From the NCBI GenBank assembly GCA_020137815.1, contig CM035356.1, forward strand, positions 1,426,001 to 1,490,000: a DNA stretch of 64,000 nucleotides. The letters run 5' to 3'. Position 1 is the stretch's first letter, and every line of letters starts with the position of its first letter. Both the position numbers and the translations under genes were made by a program. A model generated the notes under the pieces. It was not told the DNA's origin. It worked only from the letters and a program-made list of their open reading frames with translations, and did no database searches. Shown in pieces: positions 15,109 to 29,685 of the stretch. This stretch comes from Hormiphora californensis (lineage: Eukaryota > Animalia > Ctenophora).

Positions 15109-16839
15109 ATGGCAGTTGCATCCACGCGAAAGCACAAAACTGGAAGCGTTTCGGACGGCCTAGGAAATCCGGAGAACTTCGAAACATACATTAAGGAGAA
15201 CCTAGATCTAACCACACCAACTCTTCTCGAGATCCTTGATTCGGACTTCGACGGGATCCTGAGTGCTAGCCTAACTCGATCTTTTAACTTTGACGATGCC
15301 ATCCAAAACAGCTCATCCCAGGGAAATACCGTTGAGCCCAAAGCGAAGGTGAAGGTTGAGCCCATCCAATCAACAGGAAGTGAAACACCCATCAAACCTA
15401 AAGTGAAGAGTGAGCCAGTCCAGTATACCCCACTCCATGCGGAGGGAATTTTCGGTTCGAAATCAACTGATACACACAACCTACACCATCCGCGGGCGGC
15501 TAAAGCCACCCCTTCAAACATCTCGGAATATGGATTTGAGGGCTCAAAAAAATATCCAAACAAGCCATCTTACCCGGGTATTGTTATTCCCACGCCGATC
15601 AGCCATAACATCCCAAAGTACATAAACAATTCGGACATGGCAGACTACAGTATGGATGCCAGCTCGACCTCCTCACTGTGTTCTGATAATGAATACTGCC
15701 CCGTCACCTCTACCTCCTCACCAAATCGGAAATCAATGGAGGAACGGGGTCACGACACCAAGCGTTATTGTAAAGTCGGTTCTAAGAAAGAGGAGGAATA
15801 CAGAAGAAGGAGAGAGAGGAATAATATTGCTGTAAGGAAGAGTCGACAGAAAGCGAAACAACGAATTATGCAGACACAAGTACGTACAAACTTACAATTG
15901 CCATACATACCTCTGCAGCACCTTTCTCCCGCCGATTAGAGAGGGAGGGTGCGAGCTAGAATCTTCTCCTTTTACAAAATCTCCTTTTACTAGTTTTCCG
16001 TTAGCAGCACTCTGTACTATCAGCACTCTGCACCATATAATGAGAGAGTTGTTTCATTCAATGCACAGATCTGTATCCCCCTGTAGTAGCACTCACTGAC
16101 TATTAAGTCGCCCCGTGCTCTTTTGTTGCACCAGCTCTACCTTTATTGAGGCTCATCATCACTGTATATATCTCATTCTCTCGATCCCGAGCTATTTAAA
16201 TTTGTCTCTCTCTCTCTCTCTCTCTCTCTCCCCTGTCCATGTCCCTTTTTCTCATCAAGATATATCTCTCCCTCGCCCCTTTTATATCCTTCTCTCGCTC
16301 TCTCTCACTCTCTCTCACCCTCTCTCTGAGATACTTTCTCTTCCTCTCGCTCGATACATTGACAGAGCGGTGTCGAGATCTTTTTAAGAGATAATCTCTC
16401 CCAACTTGTAATATCTTTGGCGCCCTGCTGCAAGCGTATTTATTTTTTTCTGACCCCTTAAAACTATTATCTCACACTCTCACTCTCTCTCCCTCTCTCC
16501 CTCTCTCTATCTATTTATCTCTCATCACACGCTTTCTCTACAATCTAGATAAGTGTCTTATTATAACTTTATAGCCCCATTTATAATACTGATCTACCCG
16601 CGTCGAGGATAGATTGTCCCCCTCACCATGTGTAATCCCCATTCCACCCCACACCTCACCCCCAGGAGCGAGTAATGGAGCTGAATGAGGACAATGAGAG
16701 ACTGAAGGACCGATGTGAAACCCTCCAGCGTGACGTGAACATGCTGAAAGCCATTATTAACAGCGGCAACTTTGTCTCACCGGACGGATCGCTCTACAAG
16801 GTCAGTGCCTCTCAGGTCCTTGCAGATCGAACTAAATGA
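15109..16839 (+). CDS. CEBP: C/EBP-family bZIP transcription factor
   Basis: Exon 15109-15879 ends EEYRRRRERNNIAVRKSRQKAKQRIMQTQ|gtacgt. Exon 16666-16839 reads ERVMELNEDNERLKDRCETLQRDVNMLK...* (leucine zipper). RERNNIAVRKSR is the C/EBP basic-region signature; the paralog class cannot be assigned. Confidence 0.93.
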
Positions 16840-18384
16840 AGGATTTCATGAGCCCGGGAGAGAGGAAGGACACATACTATGACAGATAATATATGAAGGT
16901 GTACACCATGAGAGAGAGGGTGTGAGTACTGAGAGAGTGCCAGAGAGATCGAGAGATGGTCGAGGAAAATGATAATGTGAATGTCTCGCAAGGAGAAATG
17001 AGAGAAAGGGAGAAAGAGAGGTGGGGGAATATTATATGATACATCGAGGTTTGTGTTTCGTGTTGTTAGAATGTATGGAAATTTATGCGCTGTTTTGTGT
17101 TTCGGAATGTAATTGATTAATTGTAATAATAAATACTGATGGTCAAAGTATTGCATAAGTTAATTAATGTTCTATTATGATTATGTCAAGCCAATTTATT
17201 TTTCTTAGTTTAATTGTTGACACTGCTACGATTTGTTCTTTAGTGTAATACGTGTGTGTGTGAGTAAGTGTGTGGGTGTTTTTGTGCAGAATTCGACTTT
17301 CAAAAGAAGTGAAAATGCTACTTTTAAATTGAAATCAATAAAATTATTAACACACATTATATTACACAGCTCTCTAGCTCTCTTTCCCCCTGGGTTGACA
17401 CTGTTTTTATCATTTTAACACGTATTTTATGGTGGTTGTTTCTTTTAACTGTATTAACTTATTTAAACTATCAGAATGGAATATTACACATAATATTAAT
17501 AATATTATCTTGATTATTCATTTCTCTTCCGTCATCTATTTAGTTGTTTTATTATTGTCTAGAGTCACAATATATATTAATTTAACCCTCAAATCATCAT
17601 CACAGTTTTAAAACTTGGGTTCGTGCGTGTGTGTACAATATTGCCGTATTTAAAATCTGTCATTTGACGTAATTGGAAGAAGAAAGAATTGATTTTATCG
17701 AATACATTCGTCTAAACATATTTGAATAATTAAATGAGCTGGTTTAAATATTTAAAGTGTGCTAGCTGACGGTTTTCTGGAAGTATTATGAATAAGTTAA
17801 TTTATTATAAAAGCCTGCCTTGGGAGGCCGGAGGGCTCCGCTCGAGATTGAATGTCTGCGAAGACGGAAGGTTAAACGGTGATCATGGCATGCAATAATA
17901 TATTGAAAATATATATGTCTCGAGCATTTCCTTAATTCGGAAATACTAATGGGGAATGTATATAATGCAGTATTATTATTCTCGCTGCCCCACCGTACCT
18001 TTCCGAGCGTGGTACCCCCTCGTAGCTACTTAAATACAATTACCTTCATGTGTGTGTGTGTGTGTGTGTGTGCTTTTGATCTCTCTATAATCTCCACACT
18101 GAATATATTTCCTTACCGTATAATAACAGCTATAAAATAGGGCTGTGTGTCTGTGTGTGATGGAGAGAATGGGGGAGCTGAAGGCTTGATGTAGTGGGTG
18201 ATATTATTCGCATATTATCGTGGTTATAAGAAACTAAAAGGATATCTATATCAATGATATTATCAGGTAGCTCTAGTCACAATAATGAAACATTCATATT
18301 TTGAAGATGTTTCTAGGGAAGATGAAAAATGAGGTGGTGACTGGCGGCAAGGTTCAAAGACAGATTTTTGAAACGAAAATTGAG

Positions 18385-18485
18385 ATTTGGTCTCAAGTTA
18401 GTGGTTTTTTGAAATGTTGAATATTCACTGAATATTCAATATTTCAAAAAACCACTAACTTGAGCAAACTAACTTGAGACCAAAT
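18385..18485. repeat. Short inverted repeat / hairpin
   Basis: atttggtctcaagttagtggttttttgaaat ... atttcaaaaaaccactaacttgag(caaactaacttgag)accaaat. Confidence 0.85.
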
Positions 18486-19112
18486 TCCAATTTTTCACAT
18501 TTTCTAGAACCATCATCAAAATATGAATTTTTTTTCTTTCCTGTTAAACTTGATCTACCTAATATGACATTATATTCAGGCCTCCAATGAACATACCACG
18601 CAGTACACGCAGCATAATAAACATAAAACTGCTAAATGTACCTGCACAAGTTGTACATGACAGGCGTTTAAATGTTTGCGGATAATATTATGTGTATTGA
18701 ATGAATGTTGAGATTCGATCTTTTGGGAGAGTGAGAGGGAGTGAGAGAGAAATGTTAATAAGGGCAAAGGAGAGAGAGAGGTATGTCAAGGTAAAACTCA
18801 AATGAAAGAGAGATCTGACAGAAATGTGTGCGTGTGAATTGATTGGATTTGATTTGTTACTTTAATGTACAGTACAATTCTAATGAAAAAAAATCCTTGT
18901 TTTGGTTTGAATTTTACACGACTAGTGACACCCACCGACCCCTATCTAATATCCAGCTGCTTATAACAGTAACCTTCCATTTGATACAGCTGAATCGCTG
19001 ATCCATATCATCACCCCTTGTTGCCGAGTCGGCCCCAATTAGAGAACAAAACAAACCCCTTGGTGGTATCTCTCTTCGGTGATAGGCCCTTTGAAGGGTT
19101 TTAATTCATTAA

Positions 19113-19159
<47 letters not shown>

Positions 19160-19179
19160 TCTCTCTCTCTCTCTATCTA

Positions 19180-19231
<52 letters not shown>

Positions 19232-19452
19232 AACTCCCTCTACCTATCTATCTATCTATCTATCTCTATTTTGGGTACATACATAATCTGCCCACATGTT
19301 GCAGCTCGATCAGAGGGGAGCTGTAATACTTATATAGCAGGGGGGAGATAGTAACCAGCTGTTGTATAGCCACGCCTCCCCAAATTAGGACACACAGACA
19401 CCCACACACAGCTGTGCAGCAGCTACACATTGAGATGTTGTTACGAGTTGAT

Positions 19453-19777
19453 CCATGATCTGCCAAGTACCCAGCAATGGTCCATGATCTGCCAAGTACC
19501 CAGCAATGGTCCATGATCTGCCAAGTACCCAGCAATGGTCCATGATCTGCCAAGTACCCAGCAATGGTCCATGATCTGCCAAGTACCCAGCAATGGTCCA
19601 TGATCTGCCAAGTACCCAGCAATGGTCCATGATCTGCCAAGTACCCAGCAATGGTCCATGATCTGCCAAGTACCCAGCAATGGTCCATGATCTGCCAAGT
19701 ACCCAGCAATGGTCCATGATCTGCCAAGTACCCAGCAATGGTCCATGATCTGCCAAGTACCCAGCAATGGTCCATGA
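19453..19777. repeat. 29-bp minisatellite, about 11 near-identical units (CCATGATCTGCCAAGTACCCAGCAATGGT)
   Basis: Tandem array; it produces the three repetitive minus-strand ORFs at 19266-19809. Confidence 0.97.
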
Positions 19778-20695
19778 CCTGCCCCGCATGATTTGGAGCC
19801 CCATTGCATGTTGGTAGCTACAATTCCCTCTAGTAACTCACACCTGTCCAGAAGACATGATGTCTACAGAATTATCAGTCGTAGCAGGCAGCTTTGATAG
19901 AAGAACTAATAGCTCGAGCCCATTGTGTAGAGCGCACCAGTAAATTTGTGTCATTATGCATATTGGTTTTAAAAGTTCATCAAGAAAGAGAGAAGAAAGA
20001 GATGGCGCTGTCAGTCCGAGTAACATTGTCTCATTTAATGGAAGAAGAGAAACAGAGAGAGCGAGAAAGAGAGAGAGAGGGGTAAAGGGGGAAATGTTTA
20101 TATGCAAATGCCAAGACGTCACCCGGTGAAGTTATTCAAATTTCAATAAATTGATGTATTGTTCAAATCAGCTCTCTGAAGAAGATAAGGGCAGTGGTTT
20201 TGTAGATCAGCTACCCCTTTCTCTCCCGGACATAGTGATGGTTTATAAAATATCAAAGTTCCTTCCCCCCCCCCCCCCGCCACATTAGGAGAGAAAAATG
20301 TAGCGGTGCAAGGAGGTTAGTTGAGACGGAAAGTGTCAAATCAAACCCCAATCATTTGACTCGTAGGATAGGGGAAATATATTTTATGAATTTTAAGATG
20401 ACAAGAAACATAATATTTTCTGAATCTTGAGCTCGCTTCAGATATAATCGCTTCTCAATGACTTTGAAGGTTGTTCGTAAGTGAGTGTGAAAACTATGTG
20501 TGAAAACCGTGTCTCAAGACATCTGTTGGTGGAATCCCCAGCATTGATCTCCATCTCAAAATAACTAGTTCCCCAGATAAAAGACGTATTTTATTGCCGC
20601 TCCGAAACTTTTTGGTAATTATAAAGTACAAACAAGCTGAATAATGCTAAGATAGAAATTCAATCGGCTAAAAATAACGAAATTCTCAGAATTTC

Positions 20696-21888
20696 GGCAG
20701 GTGCACAGTTGCTCGACAGTCTATTTCTGGCTGCTATTTCTGGCTGCTATTTCTGGCTGCTAGACCTATTTGTGGCTGCTAGACCTATTTCTGGCTGCAA
20801 GCAGCCAGAAATAGGGTCTAGCAGCCAGAAATAGGGTTTCTCTCACGTGATCTCTCTATCTCTGTATGGGATACGAGAGACGAATCGGTGAAGTGATTCG
20901 GTATCTGCAACTAATTGGGTATGGGATATGAGAGGCACCTCTTTTGTTTTACCGGTCCCCTAGCTCCCAACTTGAAATTTACGCCATCGACGCGAATATG
21001 TGTTATCACACCCATTGCGTCAAATCACCGATAAACTGATCTCATATCACGCTGTGTAATATGTCGGGATAGCATAACCGATAACAGATCTCTTATCGTG
21101 TAACTTTTCATGCCTCGTGTCACAAACAAGGTGGGTGGGACCCATTATGACAATCCATTATAAAAGGCCAAATTTTTGACGTCAAGGCATCGCAATCAAT
21201 TATGCCGCCACCGGACAGTTCCTATACCTTCTCTCCCACGAAATAAAACGACAAAACCACGAACACTCCTTGATCGGGAACAACATCGAGGAGGAGCCTC
21301 GACATTTGCTCCCTCTGTATGGAGGGAAGACACCAGCTTCAGGCCTGCCCTCTGAACAGGCCCACATCTCCGCTCCGGATCCTGCGGCGTTTCAACCTGT
21401 GTGCCTGCCGGGAGGTATCGAGGACCGTAAACCTGGATCCGAATACGCACCATAGTGGACCAGTTCCTATGCGACCACCATCTTCCTCGCCAACACGTCC
21501 AGCAGCAGCGCCCGACTGAGGACAACACCATACTCGATCTGCAACTAATTTGGCAGGTCCCGTATCCCATACCCAATTAGTTGCAGATACCGAATCATTT
21601 CACCGATTCGTCTCCCGTATCCCATACCCAATTAGTTGCAGATACCGAATTACTTCACCGATTCGTCTCTCGTATCCCATACAGAGATAGAGAGATCACG
21701 TGAGAGAAACCCTATTTCTGGCTGCTAAAATCTATTTCTGGCTGCTTGCAGCCAGAAATAGGTCTAGCAGCCAGAAATAGGTCTAGCAGCCAGAAATAGG
21801 TCTTGCAGCCAGAAATAGGTCTTGCAGCCAGAAATAGCAGCCAGAAATAGCAGCCAGAAATAGACTGTCGAGCAACTGTGCACCTGCC
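20696..21888. mobile_element. Non-autonomous TIR DNA transposon with 8-bp TSD (Merlin- or hAT-like)
   Basis: AGAATTTC|GGCAGGTGCACAGTTGCTCGACAGTC ... GACTGTCGAGCAACTGTGCACCTGCC|AGAATTTC. Long compound TIRs (>200 bp) with ctatttctggctg subrepeats. Confidence 0.88.
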
Positions 21889-22264
21889 AGAATTTCGTTA
21901 TTTTTAGCCGATCTAAGGTCCTCTCCCAGTCATGTAGTACCAAAGTTCTTTAATTTACTCAGAATTCTTTGACCCCCTGTTTTCTCTGAACAAAATAGTG
22001 CACACTGAGAGGGCACAATGTACATGTGCCCGGTGCATGTGTCTGGCACGTGCTTTCGTGCTGCTCCCTAGATAGATAAACAGATAGTGAGAGAGAGTGC
22101 GTGAGGGAGCTCCTGGGAGAGAGAGAGATAGATGGAGAACGATCAAAATCAGAAAGTGATAATCTTAGAGAGTCGCGACTAAAGACACTCAGACACGAGA
22201 TCTGATGTTTCTGTTGTTACAGTTGGAACACATGGACAGCGAGTTTCTCTCTCTCTCTCTCTCA

Positions 22265-22341
<77 letters not shown>

Positions 22342-25300
22342 TCTCTCTCTCACTCACTCTCTCTCCATCTCTCCCTCCCTCTCTCCCTCTCTCTCTCTCT
22401 CTATGCACCTTCAGATCGTTGATGATCCCTCTTTGCTACGTAATCGCCCTCGTAATGACTGTGATTATGTACAAGAATTAAAGAGAGTAACACGTGTGAA
22501 ACAGAAAGATAAAGATAGATCTCAGTGGGTGTGGTCATCTCTCTAGAAGTAGATCTATCTCTCTTCCTCACTCTTTATCTCTCACTCTTTATCTCTCATT
22601 GTATATTTTATGGGCGTGGTTGCTTGGTTGGTGCGTGGTGACGTTGGTGCAACTTTTGATACATTCACGCAACAAATGAAGATGCTGAAGGATTGAAACA
22701 AGGAAATATAGGTTGAAAGAAGGTCCCAGGATTCAACGTCATCAGAATTATACGTCTCGAGCTCTCAGACAGCCCTTTAATTATGTGTCGTGGCATGGGG
22801 AGTGGGGAGCCATCATTATCATGCACAGGAAGACCGATGTCTTTCAACTAATATGAGCTATAATTTCACTTTTCAGATGCGCTCAATGCTCATCCATCTA
22901 TCTCTTTCTACCTCCACTCTTCCCCTATCTTTCTTTCTCTCCCTATCTTTCTACCTTAGTACCTTCCCCTATCTTTCTGCCTCTCCCCTCTTCCCCTATC
23001 TTTCTACCTCTCCCCTCTTCCCCTATCTTTCAACCTCTCCACTACAACATTTAACATCCGCATATATTTGTGGTGGGAGCATTTCAGTGCACATGTGTCC
23101 CTTTGTTGGTTGAATTTATATTGCGGAAACACACGGATCTGTGTGGTTCGAACACTTGACAGACTGGGGGAAGCAGACACGGTCTGTTAGAATTCAGGAG
23201 AGGGTGAGAAACAATCTCAGACAATTGTTGTAATTCCCCCTCTCGAGAGTTGGCATAAAGAATGGAATGAGCCGTCAATTCTTTGTACAAAATAATATGA
23301 CCTTATTTTCGTGTCACTGGAATTTTATGTCTTTAGAAAAGTGAATGATGGTTTTTGAAAGAGGATGAAGGTTCTTTTGTCAATCAATAGCCAGCAACCA
23401 AAATGTTCTACCTGTATAACAGATGCACAAGCAAGTCTACTGAGATATTCTCCAATTTTTTTAAACGTTCTACCAGTTCTACAGGGTTGGGAGGACAAGA
23501 GCGTCTCTACATGAGTTGCTGATCCAGCTGTTTACGCTGGTGAATATCCTCAGTTACAGTAGACACGACTTGCTCGACCCTGCCGTGCGGGTTTGAACAA
23601 AGCAAGGCGCGACTAGGTTATCCCTCTACTCTTGTCTATCATTTGCTGCACTTTCCCTCTCACTGAAATGCCACTATTATTAGGTGCAGCTCAGCCCTTT
23701 GCACCTCCCACCAGCATGATGCCTCTCTAATCGGGCAAACCACGTGGGGGGTAAAAATAGGGGCAGGTTTTTTTCTCTCTCTCTTTTTTCTCTCTCTCCC
23801 CCTTTTTTTTTTCCCCCCCCCCCCCCCAAGGGTTCCAGATCAAAACTGAGTCCCTTCCAACCCAGGGGGCGTGGAAACGATGAGATGAGAAGGGTGAGAG
23901 AAGAGGATAGTGAGGATAAAAAGGACAGAGGAAGCAGGACTGGAACATTTAAAAGGGCCACAGCTGCCCAGCAGAGTGTGATATTCCGAAATAAACCATC
24001 CGCTAATTTCCCCGCCCCCTTCCCCTTTTCTTCTCTTCTTCTTCTCTCTCCTTCTTTCCCCCTTTTTTCCCCCCTCCTCTCTCTTCCTCTCTATCCTCTC
24101 CCTCTCCTCTTCCCCCCACCCCTCTCTCCCTCTCTTCTCCAATTTTTCTTCTCACTCTTCTCCCTTCATGGATTAAATAATTTAAAAGGGAAAAAAAAAA
24201 GTTAAACGGGGGAAGCTAACACTTTTTGGGTTTCAACCCAAACACAAAAAGGGGTTTTCCAAAAAGCATTTTTCCCCTTCCCTCCCTCTCTCCCTCTCTT
24301 CCCCCTTTTCCTCCCTCCCTCTCCCCCTTCCGTCCCCCCCCCCCCCCCCCTCCCCCCTTTTTCCCAACTTCCATCAGTTCAACTCCTTCTTGGGCCCTCT
24401 AAAGGTTGGCGGGGGGGTTCCTTCTTGTTTTCTCGCCGTCGCTCTTTCTTAAAAAACCCCCCATTTACACCCCTCCTGTTTGACCCCAATAAGGAATTGG
24501 GCCCCCTTCCTTCAATTTTTCAACTCCCTCGGTTGATTAGAGAGAATTTAACAAACTAGCCATTCAGCCCCCAATTGGACGAAGGGCCCCCCTTTTGCGT
24601 AAAATTTTCATGAAAATGCATTACCAACCATTCGAGACTAGAGGGTAACAGGAAAATGGAAATATCGACTTAAAATGATAGAAAAGAAAGGGTAAAAGAG
24701 GGTAACTCGGAACACATATTTTTACCATTTTTTATCTACTTGTGAAAGTCAGCACAGAGAGAGAGACACACGGTTATTGGTAAGTGCAGTCACTTTGGTC
24801 CACTCCAGAGAATTATTCTCGTATGAATTGTGGAGACTAGATTCCTCAGCGTGTGTAGTCCCTTGTAGCTCGACTACTCAATAACTGGTTTCTGACGCAC
24901 GAACCGCGTCACACGCACACATTACACAAACCATAACTTGCTAAAATGGAACTTTTACTTTCTTTCTCTCTCCTTCTCTCTCTCTTTCTTCTCTTTCCCT
25001 CCCTCCCTCTCTATATCCTTTCTCTCATCAAATCCTAAAGATACCTCCATATGTCACCCCTCGATGTGATCTTTATTTCTTACGTAATGCGTCGCTTCAT
25101 TAAATTGGTATCTGAGAGGGTTTCTCCGTCGCTGCCTCACCATCTATTATCGATGCGTATTATAATTATATTTTCATGGAACTTTTTATGCTTCTAAAAT
25201 GACAATGTAAACCCACCCTAACCTGAAATGAAAGGGAGTGTCTCACTCTATAGAATTCTCTCCTTAGAACGACACACGCTAAAAGGATCGAAAGAAGAAA

Positions 25301-25660
25301 GGGGGTATGTGGTAACGAGCTGTCAATGTCATATTTTCAGAATCAATCAAAGGAGTCGAAGAATAAGAGAAAGGGAGTGTACTGCTGCTGCTGTCAGCTT
25401 GTGTCCAGTCTTCTTCTTCTCTCACTCCACAGTGCAGCCTGGGGGGGGGACAACTAGTCGACTGCCCCCACTTGTCTCAAGTAATTTGACTCTTGCACCT
25501 GTCAGCTAGTGTCCATCTACATATGCTGCTACAGCAGCTGTAAGAGAATAGAGATCCATTGTAGTCTGGGGCTGACTTCAGGTTGAAAAGAAATTGGAAA
25601 TGGGTCATTCCTATATTCTTTACAAATGTAAAGGAGGGTTAGAACTTAGAACATAACAAA

Positions 25661-25782
25661 GGAAGGACATGAGATGTTTTGGAGGAAAAAACTGAGAATT
25701 CATTCTGGGAATGAATGATATTAAATATTCATTCCCAGAATGAATTCTCAGTTTTTTCCTCCAAAACATTTCATGTCCTTCC
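25661..25782. repeat. Near-perfect hairpin with ~55-bp arms
   Basis: ggaaggacatgagatgttttggaggaaaaaactgagaattcattctgggaatgaat ... attcattcccagaatgaattctcagttttttcctccaaaacatttcatgtccttcc. Confidence 0.9.
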
Positions 25783-25982
25783 ACTTTGTCAGGGCATCGG
25801 CATGACTGCATATTCTCTCGCGGTCAGAACATTGGCCTGAAAGCTCCCAGTGAGGTTGGATGGCGGTTGTTTAGCTCTATGAGGGTTCACTAAGGCTGGA
25901 TGGCAGTACACATAACAGAAGATTTGGCTATCAACGCCGCTCTTACCACCTGTCTCCTACTGGGACCGATCATAGGGCTGAT

Positions 25983-26038
<56 letters not shown>

Positions 26039-26142
26039 TTTTTCCACGCTCAGAGTCATTGTCCCCTGTTTACTGTTTAGTGCTGTACCGCATGCACTTA
26101 TAACGCTGGTGGTGCTTTATTTAGCGTGGCTTACAATCTTTT

Positions 26143-26174
<32 letters not shown>

Positions 26175-26183
26175 ACTATCTCA

Positions 26184-26258
<75 letters not shown>

Positions 26259-26681
26259 GACATCTCTCTCGTTCTTTTTTGAGATCGAAGTCAAAGTGGT
26301 GAGCTATTGTTGTCTTACTATGATCGAACAGTGTACTCATTGTGTACGCACACAGTACACGGTACATAACATTAAAAGTACCATGTGGGTAATAAGAAGA
26401 AATGCTGAATTCGGTACCTTTCTACTTAGAATTTAAAAGTGGATGGAGCAAACAAATTTATATTTAAGTAGTACGGAATTCGGGTAACATGTATAATGAG
26501 TAATGGATAAAAATAGAAATACAGATGCTAGGTAGATCTATCAAATCCCAACAACTCAAACTGTTAAAGTTGCAAGACGTCAGTTTATGTCTGTCTGGCG
26601 GCGCCAGACCCCGATTTGTGCGCCCAGATGGGGTCTGCGGGGCCAGACAGGTTTATATCTGTTTAGGATTTTACCATTTAA

Positions 26682-28071
26682 GGGTACGCTAACCAAAATT
26701 TTTTTTCGAGTGCAGGGAAATCTCTCACCGTAGGGTTGTAGGCCATGCCAAGGAGACCTCAAATATGCAATTTGAGCTCTCAAGTCGAATTCATATTTTT
26801 GCTACAGCTGCTTGAAAAATGAACTGAAAATAAGTTTTTGGCATCTCAAAAATTTTTTTTTAAAGATAGGAGCATGAAAATTTGGGGATTTGAAGACGAC
26901 ATGAAGGTGAATAACCACAAAAATTTTTTTTGCAATCCGAGCTGATTTCCGGTCCTGAGATGGATTTCTTTTTTTCCACTTTAACGCCCTATTTGGCAAA
27001 GTTCCGAAAACATTTGAAAGCTGTAAATTGGTGAAAAGTTGCGTCTAACGATTCTCTATATGGCCATAAATTTTGGGCGCGTCCTTATTTGAGATAAGCT
27101 GTACAGAGTTTTTTTTGTGAAAGCCGTCATTTCAGAAATAAATAAATTCCCTGTATCTCAAAAACGGTTGATCGTAGAGACCTGAGACTATCCTTAAACG
27201 ATTCAGAGGGTCCGATTTTGGGGGGGTCTTCTAAGAGACATTTTGCTCCTACTTCAACCGTTTTTGCTGTAATTGCGAAAAACAAATTCTATGAAAAGGG
27301 CAAAAGCTAAACTCCAATATCCTGTAATTAGGGAATTTTAGCTAAGAAAGGACCGAAACTATGGAAAAATGTTTAACGAGCTAATTCATTCACTATTTGG
27401 TCCATATGGGTCACTATAATCACCAAAAACAAAATCACAAAAAATCCACGATGGCGAAGATGGGTTTTTGTTTTTCGCAATTACAGCAAAAACGGTTGAA
27501 GTAGGAGCAAAATGTCTCTCAGAAGACCCCCCCAAAATCGGACCTTCTGAATCGTTTAAGCATAGTCTTAGGTCTCTACGATCAACCGTTTTTGATATAC
27601 AGGGAATTTATTTATTTCTGAAATGACGGCTTTCACAAAAAAAACTCTGTACAGCTTATCTCAAATAAGGACGCGCCCAAAATTTATGGCCATATAGAGA
27701 ATCGTTAGACGCAACTTTTCACCAATTTACAGCTTTCAAATGTTTTCGGAACTTTGCCAAATAGGGCGTTAAAGTGGAAAAAAAGAAATCCATCTCAGGA
27801 CCGGAAATCAGCTCGGATTGCAAAAAAAATTTTTGTGGTTATTCACCTTCATGTCGTCTTCAAATCCCCAAATTTTCATGCTCCTATCTTTAAAAAAAAT
27901 TTTTTGAGATGCCAAAAACTTATTTTCAGTTCATTTTTCAAGCAGCTGTAGCAAAAATATGAATTCGACTTGAGAGCTCAAATTGCATATTTGAGGTCTC
28001 CTTGGCATGGCCTACAACCCTACGGTGAGAGATTTCCCTGCACTCGAAAAAAATTTTTGGTTAGCGTACCC
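26682..28071. mobile_element. Kolobok-like foldback element with ~600-bp inverted arms
   Basis: TTAA|GGGTACGCTAACC ... GGTTAGCGTACCC|TTAA. The arms (~26682-27284 and ~27468-28071) are nearly identical, giving mirror ORFs at 26802(-) and 27754(+). A related degenerate copy lies at ~5325-5535. Confidence 0.88.
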
Positions 28072-29615
28072 TTAACCACCCTCCGAATTTAAAGGGGTTA
28101 CTTCTCAGCAGGGATATCTGTCTGTTAGAATTGAAGGTAGCTGAAGACATGAAGATAGTGGGGGCCACTATAGGGGACCCCCCATCTGTTCTCGTGTGTA
28201 TATCAGAGTAGACTCAGGCATTCAGCTGAAGAAAAATTATTACGTATTTCATTTCATCTTTCTAGTTTGATTCTTGACGTTTCAACCACTCATTTCAGTG
28301 TTCAAGGTTGAGTGACTCTTTAAATGGTTATCTTCGAGGGATAGAGAGTGATAGAGGGGGATAGAGAGATAGAGAGGGATGCGAATGGGAGCTCCGGAGT
28401 TTTCTAGTCATCCAGTTATGGGATGTACTATGCGTCGCACATATTGCGAGCTAACATTTTGTTAGAGAATCTCCAACGATAAAGGTAGTTGCAGCAGAGG
28501 GGCAGAAAGATGATATTACCAAAAAGGGTGAAAGAGAACTGAAGAATGAGCGGGGGAGAGGGTGAAGGTCCGAGGAAGGGAGAGAGGGTGATTGAGAGAA
28601 AGATAGAGAGGGTGATTGAGAGAAAGATAGAGAGGGTGATTGAGAGAAAGATAGAGAGATGAAGGGAGAAAAACAGGAAAAAAGAGAGAGAATATTAACA
28701 TTGCGTTCTTGCTGACTATATATTTCGTTCACGACCCCTTCACCACCTTATACAGGCTAATTCAGGTATTGGAGCTATATATAATTTAGAACTTCAGTTG
28801 CTCTCTTCATCTCTTTTTTATCCCTCTCTATCTCTTATCCACTATCTCTTATCTATATATTTCTCTCTCTTTCTCTAGTTTTCACTGAAACAAGAACATC
28901 AAAAATCTATTTTTCTCTCTAAACATCAGAGACCAGGAGGCAGAATCAACTGATAAACTTTTCATCATATCCTCTTCTCCTTTTGCTTCTTCATCTCCCC
29001 TTTTCTCTTTATCCATCTCCCACTACTCACGTTCTCTATACACAATACCCACACACAACATCAAGGCTTATTGAATTGACACGTGTTGGCTTCATATTGC
29101 CTTTTTAGGTTAAAGTGAATGGAGCAGCAGCTGCACTCAAAAGATCCAATAAAGTTTTACATCTCACCATCTCTCTATTATATATCTACTCTCTTTCTCT
29201 ATAATACTTATCTTTTTGAAGTTATTTTTGGACATGTCACGATTATAATTCCCCTACCTCCACCCATGATCACACGGTGGCACCAGCTTTTCAATATTCT
29301 ATGATAATTATGGAAGCTGGGGTCACATAGGAGAGATATTTGTTTTCATTATTATCAAGATCATAATTATTATGCGAATAGAACCACAGCCCCTCTCATT
29401 TGCCTACGCAGACCCTTGAATTGTAGCGTGGATGCACAGTTTCATCAGGCGACTCACCACAGATGGTAGTATCTGAGGACTAAAAGGCGTTGGATTGAAG
29501 TACAGTGATGCATTGAATTATTCCAACAATACCGCGAACCGGGCAGCAGGCCAGTAGAAGAGAATTGAAGGAAAGGGGGAGCAGAGCCAAGATAAAATAA
29601 TAGGGGAGAAGATTT

Positions 29616-29685
<70 letters not shown>

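Noticed and set aside
19453-19777. 29-bp repeat array resembling CRISPR, with long repetitive ORFs
   Set aside because: The units are contiguous with no spacers, there are no cas genes and the context is eukaryotic. It is a minisatellite.
21196-21576. ORFs inside the 8-bp-TSD element as a possible transposase remnant
   Set aside because: No recognisable DDE or DNA-binding motifs.
23730-24620. Pro/Phe/Lys-rich ORFs in homopolymer-rich sequence (similar tracts at 34430-34710, 46240-46620 and 53030-53200)
   Set aside because: Low-complexity sequence that looks like degraded microsatellite or noisy long-read consensus; no domain signal.
26802-27951. Two near-identical 65-aa ORFs on opposite strands
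   Set aside because: A by-product of the foldback element's inverted arms; no transposase motifs.
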